This document shows positions 20,204 to 30,582 of a stretch of DNA of 64,000 nucleotides, one piece after another. The notes beneath the pieces were generated by a model that worked only from the letters and a program-made list of their open reading frames with translations, searched no databases and was not told the origin of the DNA. This DNA comes from an uncultured Holophagales bacterium. Its GTDB lineage: Bacteria > Acidobacteriota > Thermoanaerobaculia > Multivoradales > UBA5704. Position numbers and translations under genes: made by a program. Position 1 is the first letter of the stretch. The number at the start of each line of letters is the position of its first letter. The DNA is taken from the NCBI GenBank assembly GCA_963842525.1, contig CAWJGT010000008.1, positions 32,001 to 96,000 of the forward strand, given 5' to 3'.

Positions 20204-20981
20204 AGCCCTGGCCCCTCACCCCCGGCCCCTCTCCCATCCGCCCTCCCGAACCGCCGGGAGAGGGGAGTCGTGGTGCCCCGAAGAATCGCTTCCAGCTTCC
20301 CCTGTCTCCTTCCCCCCTCTCCCGGGAGGTAGGGAGGGCGGATGGGAGAGGGGGGGCAGGGGGGTGAGGGGCCTCGCGCTACTCCTGGCCTGCTCGGTCC
20401 TGCTGCTCGCCGGCTGCCGGCAGAACATGCACGACCAGAACAAGGTCGAGCCGCTGGAGGCGAGCGCCTTCTATGCCGACAGCAAGGGCGCGCGCCCGCT
20501 GCCGGCCGGCACGGTGCCGCGCGGCGGTATCGGCGGCGAGAGGGGCGAGAAGATCGCTCCCTACACCGGCCTGACCGTGGCGCGGTGGACGGTCCCGGCC
20601 GGAGGCCCACCGGTCACCCTGGAGCTGCTGCGCCGCGGCCAGCAGCGCTATGACGTCTTCTGCTCCCCCTGCCACGACCGTACCGGCAGCGGACGCGGCA
20701 TGATCGTCCAACGCGGCTACAAGCAGCCGACCTCGTACCACGACGCGCGGCTGCTCAGCGTGCCGACCGACTACTTCGTCCAGGTGATCACCGAGGGGTT
20801 CGGCGTGATGCCCAGCTACGCCCCGCAAGTGCCGTTGGAGGACCGCTGGGCCATCGCCGCCTACATCCGCGCCCTCCAGTACAGCCAGAACGCCCGCCTG
20901 GCCGACCTGCCGCCCGCGCGGCGCCAGGAGATCGAGCGGGAGCTCGCAGCGGGCACGTCCCGACCCACCGAGGTGCCATGA
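20193..20981 (+). CDS. actE: Alternative complex III monoheme lipoprotein, with a palindromic insert near the N-terminus
   Basis: Lipobox LAGC-RQNMHDQ, CSPCH heme motif and MPSY. The start is uncertain (TTG 20193 or GTG 20364). Confidence 0.88.
   Translation: MSPRALAPHPRPLSHPPSRTAGRGESWCPEESLPASPVSFPPLPGGREGGWERGGRGVRGLALLLACSVLLLAGCRQNMHDQNKVEPLEASAFYADSKGARPLPAGTVPRGGIGGERGEKIAPYTGLTVARWTVPAGGPPVTLELLRRGQQRYDVFCSPCHDRTGSGRGMIVQRGYKQPTSYHDARLLSVPTDYFVQVITEGFGVMPSYAPQVPLEDRWAIAAYIRALQYSQNARLADLPPARRQEIERELAAGTSRPTEVP
20210..20373. repeat. About 164-bp palindromic element within the actE reading frame
   Basis: Terminal inverted repeats ggcccctcaccccc...gggggtgaggggcc with internal cctctccc/gggagagg stems. 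Confidence 0.85.
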
Positions 20982-22195
20982 ACGCAGAGCCCGGTTTTCG
21001 CCCCGATCGCCTCGACCGCCTCGACGCCGCGGCGTTCACCGCTCCGGCGGCGGTCGACCGCGTCCAGCGCACCGCCCTGATTGCCGGCGGGCTGGGCGCC
21101 GCCGCCTGCGTCCTCGGGTGGATCCTGTCGCCGGCCTACTTCTACCGCGCCTGGCTGGTCGGCTGGGTCTACTGGGTCGGCGTCGCCGCGGGCTCGCTCG
21201 CGATCTTCCTGCTCCACCATCTCACCCGCGGCGCCTGGGGCCTCGTCGCCCGCCGTATCCTGGAGGCATCCGCGCGCACGCTGCCGTTCCTGGTGGTGCT
21301 CTTCCTCCCGCTCGTCTTGGGGATGCGCGAGCTCTATTCCTGGGCGCGTCCGGAGGTGGTGGCCGGCGATGCCATCCTGCAGAGCAAGGAGGCCTATCTC
21401 AACCTGCCCTTCTTCTTCGTCCGGCTGGTGCTCTATTTCGTGGTCTGGGGCGGCATCGCCTGGCTGCTCAGCCGCCTGTCCTGGCGCCAGGACCACGGCG
21501 ACGACCCGGGCCTGACGCGCCGCATGCAGCTCCTCGCGGGCCCCGGCCTCGCCGCCTACTGCCTGGCGACGACCTTCGCCGCGGTCGACTGGCTGATGTC
21601 CCTCGATCCGCACTGGTTCTCGACGATCTACGGCGTTTCGATGATGGGCAGCCAGGCCCTCTCGGCCCTCGCCTTCCTGATCGTCTGCGCGCTCTGGCTG
21701 TCACGCCGTGCGCCCATGGACCACGTCCTGCGCAGCGGCCACTTCCACGACTGGGGCAAGCTGATGCTCGCCTTCACCATGCTCTGGGCCTATTTCTCGT
21801 TCTCCCAGTTCCTGATCATGTGGGCGGGCAACCTGCCGGAGGAGATCGTCTGGTACCTCCACCGCATCCGGCACGGCTGGGGCTACGTGGCGCTGGTGAT
21901 CGTGCTCTTCCACTTCATGCTGCCCTTCACCCTTCTCCTGTCGCGCGACCTGAAGAGCCGGGCCTCGCGGCTGGCGGGTGTGGCCGTGCTGATGCTCGTC
22001 ATGCGCCTGGTCGACCTCTTCTGGCAGGTCGAGCCCGGGTTCGAATACCAGGATTTCAGGTTCTACTGGCTCTATTTGGCGGCGCCGGTGGCCATCGGCG
22101 GCGTCTTCGTCTTCTTCTTCCTGCGCGAGCTCAAGCGCGCGCCGCTGCTGCCGGTCGGCGACCCCAATCTCCCGGAGGTGCTCGCTCATGAGTGA
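20978..22195 (+). CDS. actF: Alternative complex III membrane subunit F
   Basis: DWLMSLDPHWFSTIYG, HDWGKLMLAF and SQFLIMWAGNLPEE motifs. Confidence 0.93.
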   Translation: MNAEPGFRPDRLDRLDAAAFTAPAAVDRVQRTALIAGGLGAAACVLGWILSPAYFYRAWLVGWVYWVGVAAGSLAIFLLHHLTRGAWGLVARRILEASARTLPFLVVLFLPLVLGMRELYSWARPEVVAGDAILQSKEAYLNLPFFFVRLVLYFVVWGGIAWLLSRLSWRQDHGDDPGLTRRMQLLAGPGLAAYCLATTFAAVDWLMSLDPHWFSTIYGVSMMGSQALSALAFLIVCALWLSRRAPMDHVLRSGHFHDWGKLMLAFTMLWAYFSFSQFLIMWAGNLPEEIVWYLHRIRHGWGYVALVIVLFHFMLPFTLLLSRDLKSRASRLAGVAVLMLVMRLVDLFWQVEPGFEYQDFRFYWLYLAAPVAIGGVFVFFFLRELKRAPLLPVGDPNLPEVLAHE

Positions 22196-22796
22196 GATCC
22201 ACATCGGGCCCCATACCCGGGACGAGCCCCGAAAGATCCCGCACGACACGACCGGGACGTTCGACCGCGAGATCGACCTGAAGGCGATCGCCTGGCTGGT
22301 CGGCGGCCTAGTCGCTATCGCCCTCGTGGTGCAGGTCCTGGTCCTGTGGACGATCCGCGGCTTCGAGCGCTTCGACGAGAAGAGGGACGTGCGCCCGTCC
22401 CCGATCGAGGCGGCCATCCCCCAGGGTCCGCCGCCGGGGCCGCCACTGCAGACCGACGACGAGAAGGACATGCGCGATCTGCGGGAGGAAGAGGACAGCG
22501 TCCTCGACAGCCCGGCCTGGGTCGACCCCGCGCAAGGACGGGTGCGGGTGCCGATCGACGTCGCCATGGAGGTGATCGCCAGCCGGGGCCTCGGGGCGGA
22601 GGTGGTGGGCGGGGCCCCTCACCCCCCTGGCCCCCCTCTCCCAACCGCCCTCCCATCCCCCGGGAGAGGGGGGAAGGAAGACACTTCCGAGAGGGATCGC
22701 GAGCGGTCTCTGCTCCCCTCTCCCGGGGGCCAGGGAGTGCGGTTGGGAGAGGGGCCGGGGGTGAGGGGGCCGGCGCCACAGGAGAGCCCGCTTTGA
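22188..22796 (+). CDS. Small single-TM ACIII-associated protein (ActG-like position), with a palindromic insert at the C-terminus
   Basis: One TM helix, PPPGPPLQ and WVD...VRVPIDVAM motifs; overlaps both neighbours. Confidence 0.75.
   Translation: MSEIHIGPHTRDEPRKIPHDTTGTFDREIDLKAIAWLVGGLVAIALVVQVLVLWTIRGFERFDEKRDVRPSPIEAAIPQGPPPGPPLQTDDEKDMRDLREEEDSVLDSPAWVDPAQGRVRVPIDVAMEVIASRGLGAEVVGGAPHPPGPPLPTALPSPGRGGKEDTSERDRERSLLPSPGGQGVRLGEGPGVRGPAPQESPL
22613..22771. repeat. About 159-bp palindromic element, same family as 20210-20373, translated in frame
   Basis: ggcccctcacccccc...gggggtgagggggcc ends with the same internal stems. Confidence 0.85.
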
Positions 22797-23653
22797 CCCG
22801 TCTCCTCTCGACCCTCACGCTCGCGGCCGCCCTGCTGGCCGCCTCTTCGGCCTTCGCCGGCGACCGGGTGTGGACCGGCCCCGGGCCGGGGCTCGGCCCC
22901 AACGCGGCGGCCATGGCAAAACCGTTGCAGCAGGTGCGTTTCGACCAGCGCCTCGGCGAGCCGGTGCCGCTCGACCTCGCGTTCCGCGACGCGTCCGGCC
23001 GCCCGGTCCGGCTCGGCGGCCTGTTCGGCAAGCGGCCGGTGGTCCTGGTCTTCTCCTATTACGAGTGCCCGATGCTCTGCCCCATGGTCCTGAACGGCCT
23101 GGCGACCAGCCTGAAGCCGCTGACGTTCGAGCCCGGCCGGGACTTCGAAGTGGTGGTGGTGAGCATCGATCCGGGGGAGACCCCGCAGCTCGCCGCGGAT
23201 GCCAAGCGCCGGACGCTCGAACGCTATGGCCGCCCGCAGAGCGCCGCCGGCTGGCACTTCCTGACCGGCGGCCAGGACGCCATCTCCGCACTGACCGACG
23301 CGGCCGGCTTCCGCTACGTCTATGACGCGGAGCGCGACGAGTATGCCCATGCCGCCGGCGTCGTCGTGGCCATGCCCGACGGCCGGATCTCGCGCTACCT
23401 GTTCGGCATCGATTACCCGCCGCGCGACATCCGCATGGCGGTGATGGAGTCGGCCGGCCGCCGCACCGGCTCGGCCATCGACAACGTCATCCTCTACTGT
23501 TTCCACTACGATCCCACGATCGGACGCTACAGCGCGGCGACGTTCAAGATCCTGCGGCTCGCGGCCGTTGCCACGGTCGCCGGGCTCGTGCTGATGATGG
23601 TCCTCCTGCGCCGGCGGGAGACCCGGGACAACGGTCCTCTGGGGGCAGCCTGA
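22793..23653 (+). CDS. SCO1/SenC copper chaperone
   Basis: YYECPMLC (CxxxC), VSIDP, WHFLTG and EYAH motifs; TTG start overlaps the upstream TGA. Confidence 0.9.
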   Translation: MTRLLSTLTLAAALLAASSAFAGDRVWTGPGPGLGPNAAAMAKPLQQVRFDQRLGEPVPLDLAFRDASGRPVRLGGLFGKRPVVLVFSYYECPMLCPMVLNGLATSLKPLTFEPGRDFEVVVVSIDPGETPQLAADAKRRTLERYGRPQSAAGWHFLTGGQDAISALTDAAGFRYVYDAERDEYAHAAGVVVAMPDGRISRYLFGIDYPPRDIRMAVMESAGRRTGSAIDNVILYCFHYDPTIGRYSAATFKILRLAAVATVAGLVLMMVLLRRRETRDNGPLGAA

Positions 23654-23655
23654 CC

Positions 23656-24630
23656 ATGCAGAGCATGGCATCCGATCTACCGCTTTTTCCCGAATCGGCC
23701 TCCAGCGTCGCGCCGCAGATCGACGCCCTTTTCTTCGCCTGGTCGGCGGTGAGCATCTTTTTCTCGCTCCTGATCGCCGTCCTGATCATCTATTTCATGG
23801 CCAGATACCGCCGGCGCTCCCCCGACGAGGTGGGCCTGGCGGAGAGGGCGCCGTTCTGGCTGGAGATCGCCTGGTCGCTGATCCCGCTCGCCATCATGCT
23901 GGTCATGTTCTTCTGGGGCACGCGGGTGTTCATCAACATCTACCGTCCGCCGGCCGACGCAGTCCAGTACTACTCGATCGGCAAGCAGTGGATGTGGAAG
24001 TTCCAGCACCCGACGGGTCAGCGCGAGATCAATACGCTGCACATCCCGGTGGGGCAGCCGATCCAACTGCTCCTGCAGTCGGAGGACGTGATCCATAGCT
24101 TCTTCGTCCCTGCCTTCCGGGTGAAGCAGGACGCGGTCCCGGGCCGCTACACCTCCGTCTGGTTCGAGGCCACCAAGCCGGGTGTCTTTCATCTGTTCTG
24201 CGCCGAGTACTGCGGCGGCGAGCACTCCCGGATGATCGGCAGCGTCGTGGCGATGGAGCCGAGCCGGTACGAGGAGTGGCTGTCCGGCGGCCCCGCGGGC
24301 CGTTCGGTGGTGGCCTCGGGCGCCGATCTCTTCGAGCAGCTCGCCTGCCAGACCTGCCACAACCCGAGCCAGGCCGGCCTGGCGCGCGCGCCCACCCTCG
24401 AAGGGCTGTTCGGCAACCAGGTCAGGCTCCAGGACGGGCGCACCGTCGTCGCCGACGAGAACTACCTGCGCGAATCGATCCTCAACCCGATGGCCAAGGT
24501 GACGGCCGGCTGGCAGCCGATCATGCCGACCTACCAGGGGCAGGTGACCGAAGAGCAGCTCACGCAGCTCATCTCCTACATCCGCTCCCTTGAAGAATCC
24601 AGCGGGGCAGAGGTGACCGTCCGACCATGA
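23656..24630 (+). CDS. coxB: Cytochrome c oxidase subunit II with fused cytochrome c (caa3 type)
   Basis: DVIHSF, CuA motif [12 protein letters not shown] and C-terminal CQTCH. Confidence 0.95.
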   Translation: MQSMASDLPLFPESASSVAPQIDALFFAWSAVSIFFSLLIAVLIIYFMARYRRRSPDEVGLAERAPFWLEIAWSLIPLAIMLVMFFWGTRVFINIYRPPADAVQYYSIGKQWMWKFQHPTGQREINTLHIPVGQPIQLLLQSEDVIHSFFVPAFRVKQDAVPGRYTSVWFEATKPGVFHLFCAEYCGGEHSRMIGSVVAMEPSRYEEWLSGGPAGRSVVASGADLFEQLACQTCHNPSQAGLARAPTLEGLFGNQVRLQDGRTVVADENYLRESILNPMAKVTAGWQPIMPTYQGQVTEEQLTQLISYIRSLEESSGAEVTVRP

Positions 24631-26303
24631 GCACAGAACTTTCCTCCGCAACCGTCGCACCGGGCCCGGAGACCGGGTACGAACGGCCGAACTATCTGAA
24701 CGCCGCCTATGGCGTCCGTTCGTGGCTCCTGACCCGCGACCACAAGCGGATCGCCATCCTCTACCTCCTCTCGGTCACGGTCTTCTTCGCCCTGGGCAGC
24801 CTGTTCGCCCTGCTGCTCCGCCTCGAGCTGCTGACGCCGGAAGGCGACCTCATGCAGCCCGACATGTACAACCGGATGTTCACCATGCACGGCATCGTCA
24901 TGGTGTTCTTCTTCCTCATCCCCGCGATCCCGGCGGTGCTGGGCAACTTCCTGGTGCCGCTGATGATCGGCGCCAGGGACCTGGCCTTCCCCCGGCTCAA
25001 CCTGGCGAGCTGGTACGTCTACAACCTCGGCGGGATTTTCACTTTATGGGCGATCGCGCACGGCGGCGTCGACACCGGCTGGACCTTCTATACGCCGTTC
25101 AGCACCGCCTACTCGAACAGCTACGTCGTCACCGCGGCGCTCGGTATCTTCATCAATGGATTTTCGACCATCTTCACCGGGCTGAACTTCATCGTCACCA
25201 TCCACCGCATGCGGGCGCCCGGCATGACCTGGTTCCGGCTGCCGCTCTTCATCTGGTCGAGCTATGCGACGAGCGTGATCATCGTGCTCGGGACGCCGGT
25301 CATCGCCATCACCCTGCTGCTGGTGGCGGCCGAAAAGGTGCTCCACCTCGGCATCTTCGACCCCCGGCTGGGCGGCGACCCCATCCTCTTCCAGCACCTG
25401 TTCTGGTTCTACTCGCACCCGGCGGTCTACATCATGATCCTGCCGGCGATGGGAGTGATCAGCGAGCTGGTGGCCGCCTTCGCGCGCAAGCGGATCTTCG
25501 GCTACCGCTTCGTCGCCTTCGCCAGCATTGCCATCGCGGTGCTCGGCTTCCTGGTCTGGGGGCACCACATGTTCCTGACCGGCCAGTCGATCTACGCCAG
25601 CACGATCTTCTCGATCCTCTCGATGCTGGTGGCGGTCCCCTCGGCCATCAAGGTGTTCAACTGGACGGCGACGCTCTACGAGGGCTCGATCTCCTACCAG
25701 ACCCCGATGCTCTATGCCCTGGGCTTCATCGGCCTGTTCACCATCGGCGGCTTGACGGGGGTGATGATCGCCACGCTCGGCATCGACGTCCACGTGCACG
25801 ACACGTACTTCATCGTCGCCCACTTCCACTACATCATGGTGGGCGGCACGATCATGGGCTACATGGGAGGCCTCCATTACTGGTGGCCGAAGATCTCGGG
25901 CAAGCTCTATCCGGCGTTCCTGTCGCGGCTGGCGGCCCTGCTGGTCTTCGTCGGGTTCAACCTGACCTTCCTGCCGCAGTTCGTGCTCGGCTACCTCGGC
26001 ATGCCGCGCCGCTACTGGTCCTACCCGCCCGAGTTCCAGGTGCTGAACGTCCTGTCGACCGCGGGGGCCTCGATCCTCGGCGTCGGCTACATCCTGCCGC
26101 TCTTCTACTTCGCCTGGTCGATGCGCTACGGCGCGAAGAGCGGCGACAACCCGTGGGGCGCCCTCGGCCTCGAATGGGACACGCCGTCGCCGCCGCCGAC
26201 CGAGAACTTCTACACCCCTCCGGTCGTCACCCACGGACCGTACGAGTACAACCCGCAAGAGGTGCACGACCGCACCTCGCATCCGGAGGCACGCGTTGGC
26301 TAG
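24627..26303 (+). CDS. coxA: Cytochrome c oxidase subunit I (A2-type)
   Basis: [20 protein letters not shown] (YS motif), [17 protein letters not shown] and GMPRRY motifs. Confidence 0.96.
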   Translation: MSTELSSATVAPGPETGYERPNYLNAAYGVRSWLLTRDHKRIAILYLLSVTVFFALGSLFALLLRLELLTPEGDLMQPDMYNRMFTMHGIVMVFFFLIPAIPAVLGNFLVPLMIGARDLAFPRLNLASWYVYNLGGIFTLWAIAHGGVDTGWTFYTPFSTAYSNSYVVTAALGIFINGFSTIFTGLNFIVTIHRMRAPGMTWFRLPLFIWSSYATSVIIVLGTPVIAITLLLVAAEKVLHLGIFDPRLGGDPILFQHLFWFYSHPAVYIMILPAMGVISELVAAFARKRIFGYRFVAFASIAIAVLGFLVWGHHMFLTGQSIYASTIFSILSMLVAVPSAIKVFNWTATLYEGSISYQTPMLYALGFIGLFTIGGLTGVMIATLGIDVHVHDTYFIVAHFHYIMVGGTIMGYMGGLHYWWPKISGKLYPAFLSRLAALLVFVGFNLTFLPQFVLGYLGMPRRYWSYPPEFQVLNVLSTAGASILGVGYILPLFYFAWSMRYGAKSGDNPWGALGLEWDTPSPPPTENFYTPPVVTHGPYEYNPQEVHDRTSHPEARVG

Positions 26304-27084
26304 CACGACCATGGAACCGCACGCGCACGAAGCGCATCATCACCCGGCGCACCCGGCGCTGCAGCACCAGTTCGACGACCTCGCGCAGCAGAAGGAGTCC
26401 TCGACGCTGGGGATGTGGCTGTTCCTGGTCACCGAGATCATGTTCTTCGGCGGCCTGTTCCTCGCCTACGTGGTCTACCGGCGGGCCTACTCCGAGGCCT
26501 TCCTGCTCGGCAGCAACACGCTGGACGTCCTGCTCGGCGGCATCAACACCGCCGTCCTGATCTGCAGCAGCTTGACGATGGCCCTCGCCATCTGGGCCGC
26601 GCAGGTGAACCGGCGCAAGTGGATCGTGCTCTTCCTGATCGCCACGATCGTCCTGGGTGCAGTCTTTCTCGGCATCAAAACGGTCGAATACAAGGACAAG
26701 TTCACGCACCACCACGTCCCGGGGCCGAATTTCCACTTCGTGCCGGAGCACGGCGGCGAGCATGCCGCGGAGAGCCCCTTCCCCGGTACGGGGGAGAGGG
26801 CCGGGGAGAGGGGGCACGGGATCAACCCGGCCGAAGACCCCCAGCTCGAGCGGCACGCCTCGCTCTTCTTCTCCCTCTACTTCGTCATGACCGGCCTGCA
26901 CGCCACCCACATGATCATCGGCATGATCATCCTCGGAGTGCTGGCCGTCTACGCCTGGAAGGGAAAATACGACAGCACGTACTACAACCCGCTGGAGATG
27001 ACCGGCCTCTACTGGCACTTCGTCGACATCGTCTGGATCTTCCTCTTCCCGCTCCTCTACCTGCTCGGGGCCCACGCGGCCTGA
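26296..27084 (+). CDS. coxC: Cytochrome c oxidase subunit III
   Basis: [24 protein letters not shown] and GLYWHFVD motifs. Confidence 0.95.
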   Translation: MASTTMEPHAHEAHHHPAHPALQHQFDDLAQQKESSTLGMWLFLVTEIMFFGGLFLAYVVYRRAYSEAFLLGSNTLDVLLGGINTAVLICSSLTMALAIWAAQVNRRKWIVLFLIATIVLGAVFLGIKTVEYKDKFTHHHVPGPNFHFVPEHGGEHAAESPFPGTGERAGERGHGINPAEDPQLERHASLFFSLYFVMTGLHATHMIIGMIILGVLAVYAWKGKYDSTYYNPLEMTGLYWHFVDIVWIFLFPLLYLLGAHAA

Positions 27085-27101
27085 GCGCGGAGAACCGAGG
27101 C

Positions 27102-27413
27102 ATGCCCGAGCACCACGAGCACGTTTCCTCCCCCTGGATGTACTTCGGGGTCTTCGCCGCCCTGATGGTCCTCACCGGCATCACCTGGGCCGTCGCCCAG
27201 GTCGACCTCGGCTGGGCCAACGACGTCGTGGCCCTGACGATCGCCGTCACCAAGGCGCTCCTCGTCATCCTCTTCTTCATGCACGTCCGCCACAGCACGC
27301 GCCTGACGAAGCTGACGGCTCTGACCGGGTTCTTCTTCCTGGCGATCCTGATCTTCATGACCCTGAACGACTACGTCACCCGCGGTGCCCTGCTGACGGT
27401 GCCGGGGAAGTAG
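27102..27413 (+). CDS. coxD: Cytochrome c oxidase subunit IV
   Basis: YFGVFAALMVLT...IAVTKALLVILFFMHVR; GAGG RBS. Confidence 0.9.
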   Translation: MPEHHEHVSSPWMYFGVFAALMVLTGITWAVAQVDLGWANDVVALTIAVTKALLVILFFMHVRHSTRLTKLTALTGFFFLAILIFMTLNDYVTRGALLTVPGK

Positions 27414-27532
27414 AAGAGGCAAGATCCCGCTCGCCCGTTGAGGAAAGGGGGTTCCAATGCGACGTCAAGATGGTAGACTACAGACTCAGCCAAAGGTAGG
27501 ATCTGGCCGCGAGGTTAGGGCTCGCTGACGAA

Positions 27533-29326
27533 ATGGAACGAGACGATACAGGCGCTCACCGCTCCCCTCTCGTCTTTATCAGCTATTTCCAGAAACCGCC
27601 GCAGCACAAGAAGAGAGTTCAGGCCTTCGCAGTGCGCCTTGCGAAGGAAGGGCTCGAGGTCGTCATCGACAGTGATCAGGAACCCGAGGAGGGTTGGGCT
27701 GCCTGGTCCGGGCGACAGATCGAGACGGCTGATTATGTTCTGATCATCTTCAGCCCTGGATATGCGAGCGAGGGCAGCGGCGCGTCGAGCCCTGAAGGAC
27801 GCGGCAGCGCATGGGAGCTCCATCTGGTTCAGCAAGACCTCTTTGAATCGAGAGCCAAGAATCACCGCTTCATTCCCGTCCTGTTCTCTGCTGAGCACAC
27901 CGGGCTCATTCCTCGATTCCTCAGGGGCGCCTCCTACTACGATGTCAGTACCGAAGACGCCTATCAAGGCCTTCTGAAGAGGTTGCGCCGGCCCCGCGCG
28001 AAGAGTGCAACTCCGCCCGCGCCACTGGTATCTGCCATGCAGGCGGTCCGCGCCGCCACCTGGACACGCATTGGGCCGATTCCCGAGCCCGCCGATGTGT
28101 ACAAGTACGACCCGTCGGATCGACATTCAATCTTCCTGCGCAACCTTCTACGGAATCCACCTCTAGAAGAGGTGTTGACTCATCACCGCGAGGACCCGCT
28201 GAGGATTCTCAGCATATGGGGTGCCAAGCACGACAAGGACCGGATCGACTACCACCTTGGTCACCTCTACGTCCTCCAGAAGTTGCGAGATTTTGTTGGC
28301 GAACCTTCGGTCCGGACCGAGCTCTTCCTCGGCATTAATCCGATGGCGAGCTTTACCAACCCTGAACGGGCTCGCCGTCAGGCAGAATATCTTGAATGCA
28401 CCGAAAAGCTGGTACGTTCCGTCCTTGGAGATCAAATCCGGATCGACAACTGCCTGAAGAGTGCCGATCTCCCCGAGGTCCGCGACATTTGTGAGCAGGC
28501 TAAGCGGACGTATTCCGAGGTCATCGAAAAGCTGGTCTCCATCTTCGACGTTGACCGGGTGAGCCAGATCCGCACGAGCCTGCCGGCAGCAGATCAGGAA
28601 GCCATTCTCAGCGAATTGGAAGCCGCCTTCGAGCTTCCCCGGGAGCAGGCCGAACAACTGTTTGAAGATTTGAAGGCATTCTTTGGCACGAAGAAGCCCT
28701 GGCTCCATGCCGAATTCGAAAGAGAGCACCGCCGCCAGCTCTTTGTCTACACCCATGCAATCGCGAAGCCGCACTGTATCCTGGTGAGCACGCGTCACCT
28801 TGCCCAATGGCGATGGTACCAGGCCGTCCTCTGGCTGGGCAAGATGAACCCAGTCCCCGAGTTGATCCTCCTCGACGCGTTCCGAGACCCGAACGATGAC
28901 GAGCCCATGAGATCGGGCGCCGGCCTGCCGATCTTCCTTATGGATCTCCCGAGCGAGACTCGTGCGAAGCTCGAGTACGCCAGCACGAGTTTCGAGTATT
29001 TCCTGCCGCAGTGCTTCGACTATCTCATCTTTCCCCAGCAGGAGGAGGTCGAGGTCGTTGCTTCCGGGACGGACCGGCGGACGGTTTTTCTCAAGGCACC
29101 GTGGAACTTGTCCCGCTACCGCGAGCAGCGCCTCGGCTCCCGCGAGATCCTAGCCGCCTGCCAGCAGCAACTCCTGCGCCTGTTCGAAAGGCATCGGCAG
29201 GTCGTCTCCAAAGCGCGGCAGTCCTTCTATGAGTCTCATACAGGTTGGATCAGCCTCACGAACGCACAGTGTCTGGCCCAGGCGGCGAGCTGGTGCGGTG
29301 TCACATTGGAGGAGCAGAGCTTCTGA
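27533..29326 (+). CDS. SEFIR/TIR domain fused to a class Ic aminoacyl-tRNA-synthetase (TyrRS)-like domain
   Basis: N-terminus: VFISY...RVQAFAVRL...GW..WSGRQIETADYVL...GRGSAWE...FIPVLF. C-terminus: HLGH (HIGH motif, H241), then PMRSG...IFLMDLPSETRAKL...YLIFP, resembling the KMSSS region of archaeal-type TyrRS. Confidence 0.75.
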   Translation: MERDDTGAHRSPLVFISYFQKPPQHKKRVQAFAVRLAKEGLEVVIDSDQEPEEGWAAWSGRQIETADYVLIIFSPGYASEGSGASSPEGRGSAWELHLVQQDLFESRAKNHRFIPVLFSAEHTGLIPRFLRGASYYDVSTEDAYQGLLKRLRRPRAKSATPPAPLVSAMQAVRAATWTRIGPIPEPADVYKYDPSDRHSIFLRNLLRNPPLEEVLTHHREDPLRILSIWGAKHDKDRIDYHLGHLYVLQKLRDFVGEPSVRTELFLGINPMASFTNPERARRQAEYLECTEKLVRSVLGDQIRIDNCLKSADLPEVRDICEQAKRTYSEVIEKLVSIFDVDRVSQIRTSLPAADQEAILSELEAAFELPREQAEQLFEDLKAFFGTKKPWLHAEFEREHRRQLFVYTHAIAKPHCILVSTRHLAQWRWYQAVLWLGKMNPVPELILLDAFRDPNDDEPMRSGAGLPIFLMDLPSETRAKLEYASTSFEYFLPQCFDYLIFPQQEEVEVVASGTDRRTVFLKAPWNLSRYREQRLGSREILAACQQQLLRLFERHRQVVSKARQSFYESHTGWISLTNAQCLAQAASWCGVTLEEQSF

Positions 29327-29327
29327 T

Positions 29328-30569
29328 ATGGCTCAGGTCCTCGACGAGCAGCCGGAGGCATTCAGCGATCTCTATTGGCAGGTGATCGATTCTGTCTGCG
29401 CATTCCTGACCACGAAAGCTGCAGGCAACAAAGGCAGCCCGAAGATTCTTGGGCGGCTCTTGGAGCTCGTCCAGCGCATGAAGGATCTCGACGTCTACCA
29501 TTGGCTGACGGAGAAAGCCTACCGGGACGAGTACAGCCACGTTATCAACGTCGGCGTCTGCGGACAGATCCTGCTCGGAAACGTACAGGCCGAGGGCCAG
29601 ACTCTGGGCGCACTGATCCGCAAGCTCCTGGGCTGGAACGAGCAGACATCCGATTCGCTGATAGAGGCCACTTGGTGGCTGACGGCTTTACTCCACGATC
29701 ATGCCTACCCCATCTCACACTTCCTGCGGCACTTCGGCCCGCGTACCTATGTGGAGCGCTCGCGGTCAGGAGGGCCGCGGGAGAATCTTCCGGAATCGTG
29801 GCTCCGCTTTTCCTCGTCGCTCGCCGACCTGGTGCAACGGCTAGCTGGAGGACGCTTGCGCACACTTCTCCAAGACCTCCAAGGAGGAGAGCGCTTTCCC
29901 GATTTGGCTAGCTATAGAAGAAAGATTCAGGCCGAGTTGACGAGCATCATCCGCAGGCACAATCTGCTCGGGGATTCCGGGCCCCACACGTCGGACCTCA
30001 CCTGGGAGACCACTGTCGACCATGGCATCCTGGCAGCGCTCAATCTCTACGAATTCGCCGACGCCGAGAGTCTTTTGCATTCCAGAGACAGGAGCGCGTG
30101 GCAGCCGATTGACTACGTGGCCGACGCGATCGCTGTTCACAACCATCCCGGCCTCCGCCCCATGCTCAAGTTCGAGGAGAATCCATTCGCCTATGTACTG
30201 GCCCTCGCCGACGAGATCCAGGAATGGGGTAGGAGCGCACTCAGCGAAGACTATCTCCATCCGATCGCCAAGGTCGACATCGGACCCTTCTTCGAGGAGC
30301 AGGGCAAAATGACCTCGCTTCCGGACCGGCGCTTGAAGGTCCGCTTTTTTGTGGCCGACGCTTTTCGCCGGCAGGAGCTGCGGTGGAGCCTGGAGCGTTT
30401 CGAGAGAAGCAAAAACGATACCTTCAAACGGCTGGCGCTCCCGGTAATCGATCCAACAGGATCAGATCCAGAGTTGGGTGCACGAGAGTTGCTGCGAGCC
30501 ATCGACTATGAGCTGCGCATGGAAGGGATGAAGTTCCACGGAGATCCTCCAAAACGTGAACGCATCTGA
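29328..30569 (+). CDS. HD-domain phosphohydrolase
   Basis: YRDEYSHVINV...ALLHDHAYP...DHGILAA...AIAVHNH...LALADEIQEWGR. The ATG lies 1 nt after the upstream stop. Confidence 0.82.
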   Translation: MAQVLDEQPEAFSDLYWQVIDSVCAFLTTKAAGNKGSPKILGRLLELVQRMKDLDVYHWLTEKAYRDEYSHVINVGVCGQILLGNVQAEGQTLGALIRKLLGWNEQTSDSLIEATWWLTALLHDHAYPISHFLRHFGPRTYVERSRSGGPRENLPESWLRFSSSLADLVQRLAGGRLRTLLQDLQGGERFPDLASYRRKIQAELTSIIRRHNLLGDSGPHTSDLTWETTVDHGILAALNLYEFADAESLLHSRDRSAWQPIDYVADAIAVHNHPGLRPMLKFEENPFAYVLALADEIQEWGRSALSEDYLHPIAKVDIGPFFEEQGKMTSLPDRRLKVRFFVADAFRRQELRWSLERFERSKNDTFKRLALPVIDPTGSDPELGARELLRAIDYELRMEGMKFHGDPPKRERI

Positions 30570-30582
30570 CTCGGGAGGACAT

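Noticed and set aside
27533-29326. Housekeeping tyrS
   Set aside because: The SEFIR fusion, degenerate KMSKS and GGxDQ motifs and island location argue against a normal synthetase.
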